DNA of 64,000 nucleotides from Giardia intestinalis (Eukaryota): NCBI GenBank assembly GCA_000002435.2, contig CM018793.1; one strand, 5' to 3'. Shown piece by piece: positions 11,181 to 21,406 of this stretch (position 1 is its first letter; each line of letters starts with the position of its first letter). The notes under the pieces were generated by a model. It saw only the letters and a program-made list of their open reading frames with translations, ran no database searches and was not told where the DNA came from. The position numbers and the translations under genes were made by a program.

Positions 11181-11227
11181 AAGAGTAAACTAAAATGCAC
11201 AGCCAGTGGCAGTTTACACGCCCGTGC

Positions 11228-11659
11228 TTAACGCGCACGCTTCTCACGCTTCCTTAGGAAAAGAGCAAGAAGGCCGATCCCAGCGACCTTGATGACCTTA
11301 AACCTGCAACCTGGAATATCACCAACTGCACGACCTGCACGACCAAACCCTGCGACAAGCACCTCGTCATTGTTATCAATGTAGGTGATAGACCCGTCGC
11401 GAGGAACGAATGCGGTGATCTTCTTGCTGTTCTTCGTCAGCTGCACACGCACGGCCTTACGGACGGCAGAGTTCGGCTGCTTCGCCGAAATCCCAATCTT
11501 CTGAGTGACTATCCCCCTGGCCATGCAGGCGCCCTCTAGAGGGTTGGCCTTGAGCCATGTGCCGAGGTGTGCCTTTCTATATTTCTTGTCGGCCCAGCGG
11601 TTGACGCGGCGGACCGTTCGGAGCTTGCGGGCAGTGTAGAGACCGGATGTCTTGCTCAT
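11228..11659 (-). CDS. RPS23: 40S ribosomal protein S23 (uS12)
   Basis: From the ATG at 11659..11657 the product is 143 aa (the ORF-track N-terminal extension is trimmed). [14 protein letters not shown]...[13 protein letters not shown]...[30 protein letters not shown]...[26 protein letters not shown] is near-collinear with eukaryotic RPS23. AT-rich initiator immediately upstream. Confidence 0.92.
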   Translation of the reverse strand: MSKTSGLYTARKLRTVRRVNRWADKKYRKAHLGTWLKANPLEGACMARGIVTQKIGISAKQPNSAVRKAVRVQLTKNSKKITAFVPRDGSITYIDNNDEVLVAGFGRAGRAVGDIPGCRFKVIKVAGIGLLALFLRKREKRAR

Positions 11660-11772
11660 CAGCTCCGGACTAAACAAAAAACGGCATTTCAATTTTAAAT
11701 AGAAGTAATTTTTTGAAAGCGAATGCCGTCAAAAGTCAGAAATCGGCTGCTGCAGTTCCGGGTTTTTAAAAG

Positions 11773-13386
11773 ATGACATTCTACAACCACCGCACCGCAG
11801 CGCAGGCCCGCGCACGGGAGCTGGAGATGGAACAGAAGGCCGCGCAGCTGACCCAGTTTGCAAACGAGCACCGGGTAGGCCTTGCCATGGAGAAGATGGA
11901 GGACGCTGCTGAGTTCCGCCGTGCGCGAGCCACACGTCGCGAGGCAGAAAGGGAGTTTGCTATGATCCGGGAGCACGAGGAAGAACAAAAGAGACGCGCA
12001 GCGCTAGAGGCTCGTATACGACGTGAAGAACAAGAAGCACAGGAGAAGCGCGCAGCGCACCAGGCACATCTCGCGTTTTGTGCAAAGAAGGACATTGTGC
12101 TCAGCAAATCAGATGAGATCAAGACTTTGCGGCGAGCAATAGAGGCAGCCATAGCAGCGAAGGCGAACGCCCTTTGGACCGAGGAGCATCGACGCAATGC
12201 CGCTGCTGCTACTAGCGCAGCTCTGGCATGCGAAAAGGCCGAGATTGCTGCTGAGCTGGAGCGGAAGCGCCAGGAGGACGAGGCAATGATGCTTCGGATG
12301 CGCGAGGAAGAGGAGGCCCGGCGATTGGAGATAGAAGAGATGCGCGCACTCCGTGCAGCCCGGATTACCCAGGAAGCAGAGCACATGAAGAAACTCGAGC
12401 AGGATCTCGTGAAGGCAGCCATTGAGGCGGCCATGGCCGAGCGTGCTGCTCAACTCCAAGCCGTGGAGGCCAAACGCACGCAGGCCGCACTTGATCAAAA
12501 AGCCTTCTTAGAACAGAGGAGGCTGGCTGTGGAAGAGGCAAAGAAACGAGAGCAAGAAGAAGAGCTCCTTATTGCAAAGTACGAACGCGAACAGGAGGAA
12601 CGTGTTGCTCGGCGTGAGAGCCTTAGGAAGCGCCAAGCAGACGAGCGTGACTCGCTACTTAAGGCTTTGGCTGAGGAGTTAGCCCAAAAAGAACGGAGAC
12701 GCGAGCGTCTTGAGGAACTTCGTATTGCCCTTGCAGCGGCATACGAGGAGCAAAAGCGGCTACAGGCAGAGGAGGAAGATGAACTTAAGAAGCAAAAGGT
12801 GCGTCAAGAACTGCAGGCTGCCTTCAAAGAGGCTCAAGAGGCCCGCGCTCTGCGTGAAGCAGAGGAGCGCGCCCAGGAAGAAGAGTATAAGAGGAGGCAG
12901 CTTGAAGACTACAGGCATTCAGAGGAAGTGGAGCGTGTTAATGATAGGCGCCGCCGCGAACTTATGGTTGCATTCGGGCAAGAAATGTCTCGCCAGATCG
13001 AAGCCAATAGGGCTGCACGTGAACAGGCAGAGGTGGAGCGTCGTGCTGAGGAGCAGCGGATTATGAAGTTAGGAGAGCTAGATGATGAAGCTCTGGCAAT
13101 CATCCGGGCAGAACGTGAAAGATTGGTGCGGGATTATGTCGCAGAAGTATTGGAGTACATGCCTGTCGGCATTCTTACAGACGATGATTTGCAATATCTT
13201 CCGCTGGAGGTGCAAGAAAACATAAAAGGCTTGCGCCTGAATAAAGAGTTCAATGATCTTGGGGTCCAGGAACATGCCTCTGAGTTGACAACTGGTCTTA
13301 CACCACCTACACGAGACAAGATTGACGCCATTGAACGCCACCAGGCAGAATTAAAGCAGCGATTTACATCCCCCTTTCCTTGGTAA
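11773..13386 (+). CDS. E/R/A-rich coiled-coil protein (trichohyalin-like low complexity)
   Basis: 537-aa ORF, extreme E/R/A/Q composition. The antisense ORFs (11781..12434, 12109..12498) are by-products of that composition. Confidence 0.5.
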   Translation: MTFYNHRTAAQARARELEMEQKAAQLTQFANEHRVGLAMEKMEDAAEFRRARATRREAEREFAMIREHEEEQKRRAALEARIRREEQEAQEKRAAHQAHLAFCAKKDIVLSKSDEIKTLRRAIEAAIAAKANALWTEEHRRNAAAATSAALACEKAEIAAELERKRQEDEAMMLRMREEEEARRLEIEEMRALRAARITQEAEHMKKLEQDLVKAAIEAAMAERAAQLQAVEAKRTQAALDQKAFLEQRRLAVEEAKKREQEEELLIAKYEREQEERVARRESLRKRQADERDSLLKALAEELAQKERRRERLEELRIALAAAYEEQKRLQAEEEDELKKQKVRQELQAAFKEAQEARALREAEERAQEEEYKRRQLEDYRHSEEVERVNDRRRRELMVAFGQEMSRQIEANRAAREQAEVERRAEEQRIMKLGELDDEALAIIRAERERLVRDYVAEVLEYMPVGILTDDDLQYLPLEVQENIKGLRLNKEFNDLGVQEHASELTTGLTPPTRDKIDAIERHQAELKQRFTSPFPW

Positions 13387-14503
13387 ATGGTTGTTTTCCT
13401 CACTATTTCTTGCATCGTGTACTACTAATCTGTTTTCGAAGACTCGTGATGTCCTCACTTTCACCTCAACAACTGTGAGCCCTTTGAGCACATTACAGAT
13501 GGCCGAATTACAGTCCTTTCAGGCCAGATTCCTAACTACAAAACATCAGTATGGCCCTTGACCCCCACTTCTGCACCGTCCCCATTCGATGCAGGACGCC
13601 TCATCATCCGGTCCTTTCAAGTCTCTATGCATGATCCGTGGCCTTGTGTTCCGCACTGTGCCTTGCATCCTGGTAGTCACCTCCACTGGGTCCTTGCCAG
13701 CGGGGCCGACGGTCTCACAGCGATCGCGTATGACAGAGCAATCACCATCTAATGTGCGAGCCCTGTGATAGGCCGTGATGTTGGAAGGCGACATCGGTCA
13801 AAGAGGAGACATAGCCACACATTACGAGCCACGATGACATGACACATTGCATAGCATCGTGATATATGCGTGCATAACCGGTACACCAATAGGCATAGAA
13901 ACAGCACACCAGTGCCACCAGGTCATGATGACCACTCTACCCACCAGTTATTTTTAAGACTGTGCTACTGGAGCCTACTTACAGGCGTAGTCCAGAGACT
14001 TCACAAGTAAGTCTCATCCAAGTCATGGCCAGTGTGGAGACAAGGGTTGATCGTTGATGGTATATTAAGGGAATTTCCCTCCATTTGTATATTAGAGTCT
14101 CTTGTATTCCTCGGTCGCTTCATGCGATGTGCGTGTCCAGGGGTGCTCGTGTGTCTGTCCAGGGTTCAGACCTTTGCAAGGACACACGTTGTCCATTAGT
14201 ATGCCTCGCTTTTTAATCTGCCGTCTGGTGAACGAGCCTGGGTTGTCACTTCTTTTTCAATAGAAGTCTCCTCTGTCGCGACGGCTGCTGTCGAGGTCTG
14301 GCTTTACTGGCTGGGGTCGTCTTTCGGTGTCTGTCCAGCCGTGGTCCCGGAGGCCGGCGCTCCCTCCTGTTCGTAGTCCCCCAGGTCAGTGGGTCCAGTC
14401 GACAGTTAGAAGCAGGCCGGCAGGAGGAGTTGCCGGGTGGACGCCACAGGGTAGTGAAGGCCAGACAGAGCGCTCCCGGCGTCGCTGGGCCCCTTGAACT
14501 TAA

Positions 14504-15766
14504 TTTACTCTCCGCTTCACCGGGGCGGGGTTGTCCCCTGCCACCTGACCAGGTCCTCCATGCGAGCCACCGCCGCCCCGGACAAGCCACTCCCCCCATG
14601 CACCGGCCGAGATCCAGAATCCGAAATCAGAAGGTCAGATGTCGTCCAGCTCCGACGGGGAGGATTGTGCCTCCTCCTCCAGGGTGGTAACGAATGCAGA
14701 TGAGCGTCCGAGGCTGGTGGTGGGATCAGCCTCTCACACGCTAAGCTGACGCTCACCAGGATCATTGCCCGCTGGTCGAGATGGACCCACACGTGACCCA
14801 TGTAAATCCCTCGACAAGAAATAGGAGTTGGGGTGCTTGGCTGGCAGAGGTGGACTGATCCTGCCCGCACCGGAGAGTATTGGCCTGGGCCACCTGCCGG
14901 GTGTCTGCCACAGCAGTTGGCAGTGCCTGACACCCTCGAGTAGACAGGTGTCGTCTGCCGAGCAAGCCGACTTCGGTGAGCCAGTCCTAATCGCTCTTGG
15001 TGCCTCAGACGACGCCTCTCAGAGAGGTGGCCCTGGACCGACGCCTCGACAGACCGAAGCATCACCCCCAAGTGTGTTGTGCAGTGCAGATGGAGCCCAC
15101 ACGTCACTGAGCCAGATGCACTGCACAGGGTGGGCGTCGACGCGGTCTCGTGCTGGGTGACGGACCACCTGCAAGAGCGCACTGCGATCCATGAGCAGAG
15201 GGCCGGGCCTCTTCTCCGACACAACGCATGGGAGTACTCCATCGACATCCACGAACGCGTACCACACCCCAAGATAGAGGCGCACGGGGAGCGCACCCCC
15301 GACAGCAGGGTCGATGGTCCACGTCATGGGGAGACGAAGAGGCACCCCAAGAAACGGGGTAGACACCCGGGGTCGTGGCGTGCGATCTTCGTCATGGAAC
15401 ACCAGGGTCCCGGGCCACGTGGAGGCCAGATCGCCGCGACAGACGCAAGACCCTGAATAACGGGTGCTCACTAGATGTCAGACGATGGTTGACCCCGACG
15501 GGCCAGAGGGAGGGAAGTCCTAGGGGGCACCGCGAGGAGCGGCAGCTTTTAGGAGAGCTGGGACATAGGGGTTCTTCCGCCGGAATCGAGGGCATCCGAC
15601 CTCGGACTCTGGACTCTGCCTAGAAGCGAAAGACCTGCCTTCACTTGCCTCAACTGCCATTAAACTCCGATCTTTCCCAGTGCATCGAAGCAAAAATAAG
15701 ACTGTCCGGGCTGCCTCCACGTGCTAATAGATCCCATCAGAAGCAGACGAGTCGTGGAGATGGGCT
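14504..15766. repeat. inverted-repeat arm A (~1263 bp), reverse complement of 25425..26687
   Basis: ORF-track translations are identical between the arms: 14517..15296(-) = 25895..26674(+); 15019..15471(-) = 25720..26172(+); 15079..15456(+) = 25735..26112(-); 14828..15160(+) = 26031..26363(-); 15375..15623(+) = 25568..25816(-). Coordinates obey x+y=41191. Boundaries were found by direct comparison: outer at atttactc / gagtaaat, inner at codon 42 of 15645..15833 versus 25286..25546. Confidence 0.85.
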
Positions 15767-15982
15767 GCTCTCCTCGCATCGATGCAGCTCATCGGCAGGC
15801 ACAGGATATCGGGTGCACCGTCCCCAGCCATGACGGTGTCAACGGCGATGTGCATAGCACTCTCGAGGGCAGGGGAGCGGTCACCCCTTTTCCCGGTTGC
15901 TGGCTGGCTAGCAACGTACATAAGGCGCACCCGCTTGTCAGGCAGCTGCACCACTAGTGACGCGTTTACTATCTAAGTACAT

Positions 15983-17707
15983 CTACGCCTTGCCCCGGCA
16001 GATGAACCACCAGCAGAGGAAGCCCACAAGGCCAGCCACGACGACAACCGCCGCGACGGAGATCCCCGCGATGGCCCCCGTGGAGAGCCCGCTCCTGTTG
16101 GCGCCAGAGGACACACAGGAGGTCCCACTGCTGTCTAGACTGAAGCCACTGTTGCACTCTTCACACACACCGTCCATCACACAGCTCTTGCAACCACCCA
16201 CAGAGCACAGCACACACCCGCTGCCGTCCTTGTTGGGCTTCTTACTACTGTCACAAGAGGTACACACAGCGGGGGTCATACCAGCCCCAGTCAAAGGTGT
16301 CGGGGCTGTACACTGAGAGCAGCCATCCACTCCCACATATGCCTTAGCAGTATCACCAGTGCCTGTTGATGTGCCTAGGGGGTTACCACATGCCAATACA
16401 GACTGATCAGTAGCCTTTGCTTCTGGGACTATGAAGTACCTATTGTTGGCCGCCTCTGTGCATATCCCACTACTATCTGCTTTCTTGCACATATGACTAC
16501 CTGGTACTTGACCAACCTTATAACAGCCATTCATGTACAAGAAGTATCCTGTAGTACACTGTGTACATGTATGACTGGCACAAGTATTAGCTCCTTTACC
16601 AGTATCAGTACATATACCATCAATTGGTACCTTACTGTTATCCCCACAGTATGAGCAATAGTGCTTTGTGTTGCCATTCTCGTCAATTATTATAGCATCG
16701 CAGGCTCCAGATGTCCCCCCGCAGGCAGTCTCATCCTCACAGGTCTTGGTACATGTAACAGGACTGGTACCACTCTGCTTGTAGTTCACCTTACAGGAGT
16801 TGCAGGTCAACGAGTTAGAGAAGGTGCACGTTGCACAACCAGGCACTCCATCTGTTGGGTTATCACAAGAGACACATGTGCCAGGACCACTGCCTTTCAT
16901 GAAGAATCCAGGCTTGCATGTATCACACTTATCATTGCCAGCAGCAGAGCATGTAGCACAATTATCACCACAGGCTGCGCATGTAGCGGTACCAAAGTAC
17001 CCCTCTAAGCATCCACTACAGGTTGGATTGCTATTTCCTGTCTTGGTACAGGTCTTGCAGCCAGGAACACCTGTATTACCGCTAGCCTTGTCGCTATCAT
17101 CGCCACAGGGGATACACTTAGTATTTCCCTCACTTAAAAAGTGCGTATTGCCACTTGCACACTCTCCCTCCGCAACGCACGTCGTCGTCCCGTCTGCCGC
17201 CGTCTTCACCATCTTGCTACTGCTGCAGGTCCTACATTGCGGCTTGCCAATAGTTGCATTGTACTCACAGGTGGCACAGTCAGCTATTCCACATGCCTTA
17301 CATTGGCCTGTTGTCGGGTCTGCATAGTTACCAGCACCGCATCCACTAGCCTCTACACAAGTGTTATCACCCTTCAGGTACTTCCCCTCAACGCATGCCG
17401 AGCATTGATTTTGATTACTCTCTGAGCAGGCAGAGCAGCCCTCTCCGCACTTCTTACACGTATTAGAAACGCTATCCTTAACGTACCCAGCCTTGCACTC
17501 AGTACACGTGGCAGGTCCTGGACTACTAGCTGGCGCCGTGCACTTGAGGCAGTTGGCCACTCCTTTGTTCTCATTCGCTCCCTTGATATCATGACAGAGT
17601 ATGCACTCGCTACCCTTCTCTGATGGTGCAGCCGGGTTCTTGAACAGGCCGTTATCTGCCTTACAAGTAGTGCATACTCCATTACTGGCTGCTGTGCAGA
17701 TATCACT
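15983..17707 (-). pseudogene. VSP (variant-specific surface protein), 5'-truncated tandem copy 1, no ATG or signal peptide
   Basis: Ends in GLVGFLCWWFICRGKA*, has a TM segment and CXXC-rich body. The track ORF 15983..17560 starts at a GTG. The frame is open 49 codons further upstream (WSDICTAASNGVCTTCKADNGLFKNP...) to a TAG inside the GTGATAG repeat of copy 2's 3' region. AGTAAAC polyadenylation signal downstream of the stop. Confidence 0.7.
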
Positions 17708-17760
17708 CCACTATCACCCTCTATCACACACTATCACCCATTATCACCCTCTATCACCCA
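17700..17760. repeat. GTGATAG-family 9-10-nt microsatellite in a VSP 3' region (minus-strand sense GGGTGATAG)
   Basis: Plus-strand ctatcaccc / ctatcacac units x6 between the copy-2 stop and the copy-1 junction. Equivalent blocks at 19522-19570, 21321-21380 and 62248-62300. The units carry TGA/TAG stops in two of the three frames, and the 9/10-nt spacing shifts frames along the block. Confidence 0.8.
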
Positions 17761-17786
17761 CTGTACAGCATTCACTACCTAAGTAC

Positions 17787-19532
17787 CTACGCCTTCCCCC
17801 TGCACACGAACCACCAGCAGAGGAAGCCGACGAGGCCCCCCACAACAACGACCACAGCGACGGAGATCCCCGCGATGGCCCCCGTGGAGAGCCCGCCCCT
17901 GTTGGCGCCAGAGGACACACACTTACCATTGTCTAGACTGAAGCCACTGTTGCACTCCCCACACACATCATCCACCACACAGCTCTTACAATCACCCACA
18001 GAGCATGTCACACACCCAGTGCCGTCCTTGTTGGGCTTCTTATCACTGTCACAGGAGGTGCATATAGCAGCAGTCATGCCAGCCTCAGTCAGAGCTGTTG
18101 GGGCTGTACACTGTGAACAGCCATCCACCCCCACGTATGCCTTCTGACCAGCCAGCTCGACCCCAAGGGGGTTCCCACAGGAGAGGACAGACTGCTTGTC
18201 CTTGGTGGGCGAGGGAGGGATGAAGTACCCGGCTGCCGCCTCTGTGCAGACACCCTCGCCTGCCTTTGTGCACATGTGACTACCGGGGGCATTGGTGGTA
18301 CTATAGCAACCACCCATGTATAGGAAGTACCCTTGAGCACAATAGCTGCAAATGTGATCAGTACACCCAGCATTTGTTCCTTTGCTATCAGTGCATATAC
18401 CATCAATAGGGAACTTACCACTATCCCCACAGTAGGAACAATAATGCTTTGTGTTGCCCTTATCATCTATTACTATAGCATCACAGGCGCCAGAAGTACC
18501 CCCACAAGCCGTTGTATCCTCGCAGGTCTTCACACACGTTGTTCCCTGTAACTTGTAGCCGATCTTGCAGCGGTTGCAGCTGGCCGGGCCCGGGGCGGCT
18601 GGGGCTGTGCAAGAGAGGCATCCTGCAAGCCCGCTGTAGCCACTATCATTACCATTCTCGCACGAGATGCACTTTCCTTCGCCGGTGCCGGCCAGGAAGA
18701 ACCCCTCCTTGCACGTTTTACATTTAGTCTCATCTGTTTTAGCTGAACATGTGACACAGTTGGCCCCACAAGCCTCACAAGTGTTTGATGACTGTTCAAA
18801 GAAGTATCCATCGAGGCAAGCTGTGCAAGTTGGAGGGGAGCCATCTGCACTCTTAGTGCATGTCTTACACCCTTCTTTGCCTTTATTGTTATTATCCACG
18901 TCTTTAGTATCTCCGCATAATAAGCACGCCGATTGGTCCTCCTTCATGAACAGCTCGTTATCAGCTCCTTGACACCCAGCATAAGAATTTTCCACACAGG
19001 TCGAGGTTCCGTCGAGGGTTGTCCTGGGAATCTTATTTGAATTACAAGTCAGACACTTGCCCTTTGCCGTTGCACTATCAAATGAGCATGTTGCACAGTT
19101 GGCATCGAGGACAGTACAGGCAACGCAGGTCATGCTAGTGTCATCGGGGTAGTGATCGTTGTTACACGTACCTTTGTCTACACACTGGTTCTCTTTCAGG
19201 TACTTCCCTGTCTCGCACGATGTGCACTGATTTTGATTGGCTCCACTGCATGTAGCACAGTCGCTGTGGCATGCAGCACACTCTGTATCACTCTTCTTAT
19301 ACGTTCCAGCCATGCACTCGGTGCACGTGGCCGCTCCTGTATTGCCACCAGGTGCCGTGCACTTGAGACAGTTGGCCACCCCCTTGTTCTCATTCGCTCC
19401 TGTAGCATCGGAGCACAGGATGCACTCCCCACCAGGAGTCACCCTCTCTGCCTTGTTCTGGAATATGTACTGACTATTTGTATTACACTCAGTGCACACT
19501 CCACTACTGGCTGCTGTGCATATCACACTCCA
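17787..19532 (-). pseudogene. VSP, 5'-truncated tandem copy 2, no ATG or signal peptide
   Basis: 579+ aa ending in CRGKA*. The track's leading M is a GTG two codons after TAG-TGG-AGT (..*WSVICTAASSGVCTEC). The C-terminal ~150 aa are identical to copy 3. Confidence 0.7.
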
Positions 19533-19596
19533 CTATCACCCTCTATCACCTTCTATCACCCTATCACACATTGTACAGCATTCACTACCTAAGTAC

Positions 19597-21330
19597 CTAC
19601 GCCTTCCCCCTGCACACGAACCACCAGCAGAGGAAGCCGACGAGGCCCCCCACAACAACGACCACAGCGACGGAGATCCCCGCGACGGCCCCCGTGGAGA
19701 GCCCGCTCCTGTTGGTGCCAGAGGACACACACTTACCATTGTCTAGACTGAAGCCACTGTTGCACTCCCCACACACATCATCCACCACACAGCTCTTACA
19801 ATCACCCACAGAGCATGTCACACACCCAGTGCCGTCCTTGTTGGGCTTCTTATCACTGTCACAGGAGGTGCATATAGCAGCAGTCATGCCAGCCTCAGTC
19901 AGAGCTGTTGGGGCTGTACACTGTGAACAGCCATCCACCCCCACGTATGCCTTCTGACCAGCCAGCTCGACCCCAAGGGGGTTCCCACAGGAGAGGACAG
20001 ACTGCTTGTCCTTGGTGGGCGAGGGAGGGATGAAGTACCCGGCTGCCGCCTCTGTGCAGACACCCTCGCCTGCCTTTGTGCACATGGACTTACCCGGCTG
20101 AGCTGATATACTATAGCAACCACCCATGTACATAAAGTACCCCGTAGTACAAGACTCACAGACATGGTTGTCACAAGTATTGCCTTGCTTATCAGTAGCA
20201 CATAGTCCATCTATAGGATACTTATCATTATCTCCACAATAAGAACAGTAGTGAAGCTCCTTCCCTGTACTATCTATTATCATGGCATCACAGGCGCCAG
20301 AGGTACCACCACAAGCAGTGTCATCCTCACAGGTCTTCACACATGTATAGTCATTCCCTGCATCTCCATTGGGCTGCTTCCTATAGTTTGGCTTACAGTC
20401 AGTGCACTTGAATGTGCCACTGTTAGAGCATGCACTGCACCCTTCGCGACCCTTATTGTCCACACTGTCGCATGAGACACACTCACCAGGTGCTTGGCCT
20501 CCTTTCAGGAAGTATCCCGGCTTGCAGGTTTGGCACTGGTTAGCATTAGCGCTGTTGCAGGTGGCACAGTTGGTCCCACAGGGCTTGCAGGTGGTATCAA
20601 AGTAGAATCCAGGGAGGCATGCTGAGCAGATTGGAGGCTGTGCCAGGTCGGTTTTCTTACACCCACTGCACTCAGCAATTCCCTCGTCAGGGGCGGTTCC
20701 TCCGGTAGCGCTGCATAGTATGCAACTGTTCTCATCCTGGCTTAGGAAGTGTGTTCCCACTGTGTTTAGCGCTGCACATCCCGCCTTATCCACGCACTCT
20801 GTTGATCCATCGACATACCCTTTAAGGAGAGGCTTGGCTCCCCCACAGGTGCTGCACACCGGCTTCTGTAACTGATCGTTGTATGCACATGCGGTGCACC
20901 CAGTTATCTCACTGCACGCCTTGCACTCCCCGGACTGTTTGTCTGCGTACTTACCAGCACCACATTGACCAGCCTCTACGCAAGTGTTAGTATCAGTCTT
21001 CAGGAACTTCCCGGCCTTACAAGAGGTGCACGCATTCGGACCGGCTCCACTACACGTCTCGCAGTCGGTATGACATTTGGTACATGCGCCACCATCGTTG
21101 TAGTACCCATCTTGACACTCTGTGCACGTGGCTGCCCCCTTATTATTAGTTGGTGCTGTACATGTAGCGCAGCCCTCGACTCCCATATATCCATCTGCTC
21201 CCGTGGCATCATGACAGAGTATGCACTCGCTACCCTTCTCTGATGGTGCAGCCGGGTTCTTGAACAGGCCGTTATCTGCCTTACAAGTAGTGCATACTCC
21301 ATTACTGGCTGCTGTGCAGATATCACTCCA
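19597..21330 (-). pseudogene. VSP, 5'-truncated tandem copy 3 (internal ATG at 21186 but no signal peptide)
   Basis: 529-aa track ORF (MGVEGCATCTAP...) ending in CRGKA*. The frame is open 48 codons upstream (WSDICTAASNGVCTTCKADNGLFKNPAAPSEKGSECILCHDATGADGY) back to a TAG that follows the complete VSP's 3' region. The N-terminal block is identical to locus-2 sequence at ~60520-60770. Confidence 0.7.
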
Positions 21331-21406
21331 CTATCACCCTCTATCACACACTATCACCCATTATCACCCTCTATCACCCACTGTACAGCATTCACTACCT
21401 AAGTAC

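Noticed and set aside
10353-12498. Antisense ORFs 10353..11042(-), 11781..12434(-) and 12109..12498(-)
   Set aside because: Opposite the zinc-finger gene and the E/R/A-rich coiled-coil gene. Composition artefacts (A/S/R-rich).
14517-15296. 259-aa ORF inside inverted-repeat arm A (and its twin 25895..26674), plus 150-aa, 125-aa and 110-aa arm ORFs
   Set aside because: R/S/C/H/P-rich, with no domain-like pattern, in mutually overlapping frames on both strands. Treated as non-coding arm sequence. Useful only as proof that the arms are identical.
14504-15766. Possibility that the inverted-repeat arms are rDNA or subtelomeric repeat fragments
   Set aside because: Giardia rDNA is ~75% GC with recognisable SSU/LSU motifs. 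The arms are ~60% GC, have no such motifs and carry no TAGGG telomeric repeats. A BLAST is still advisable.
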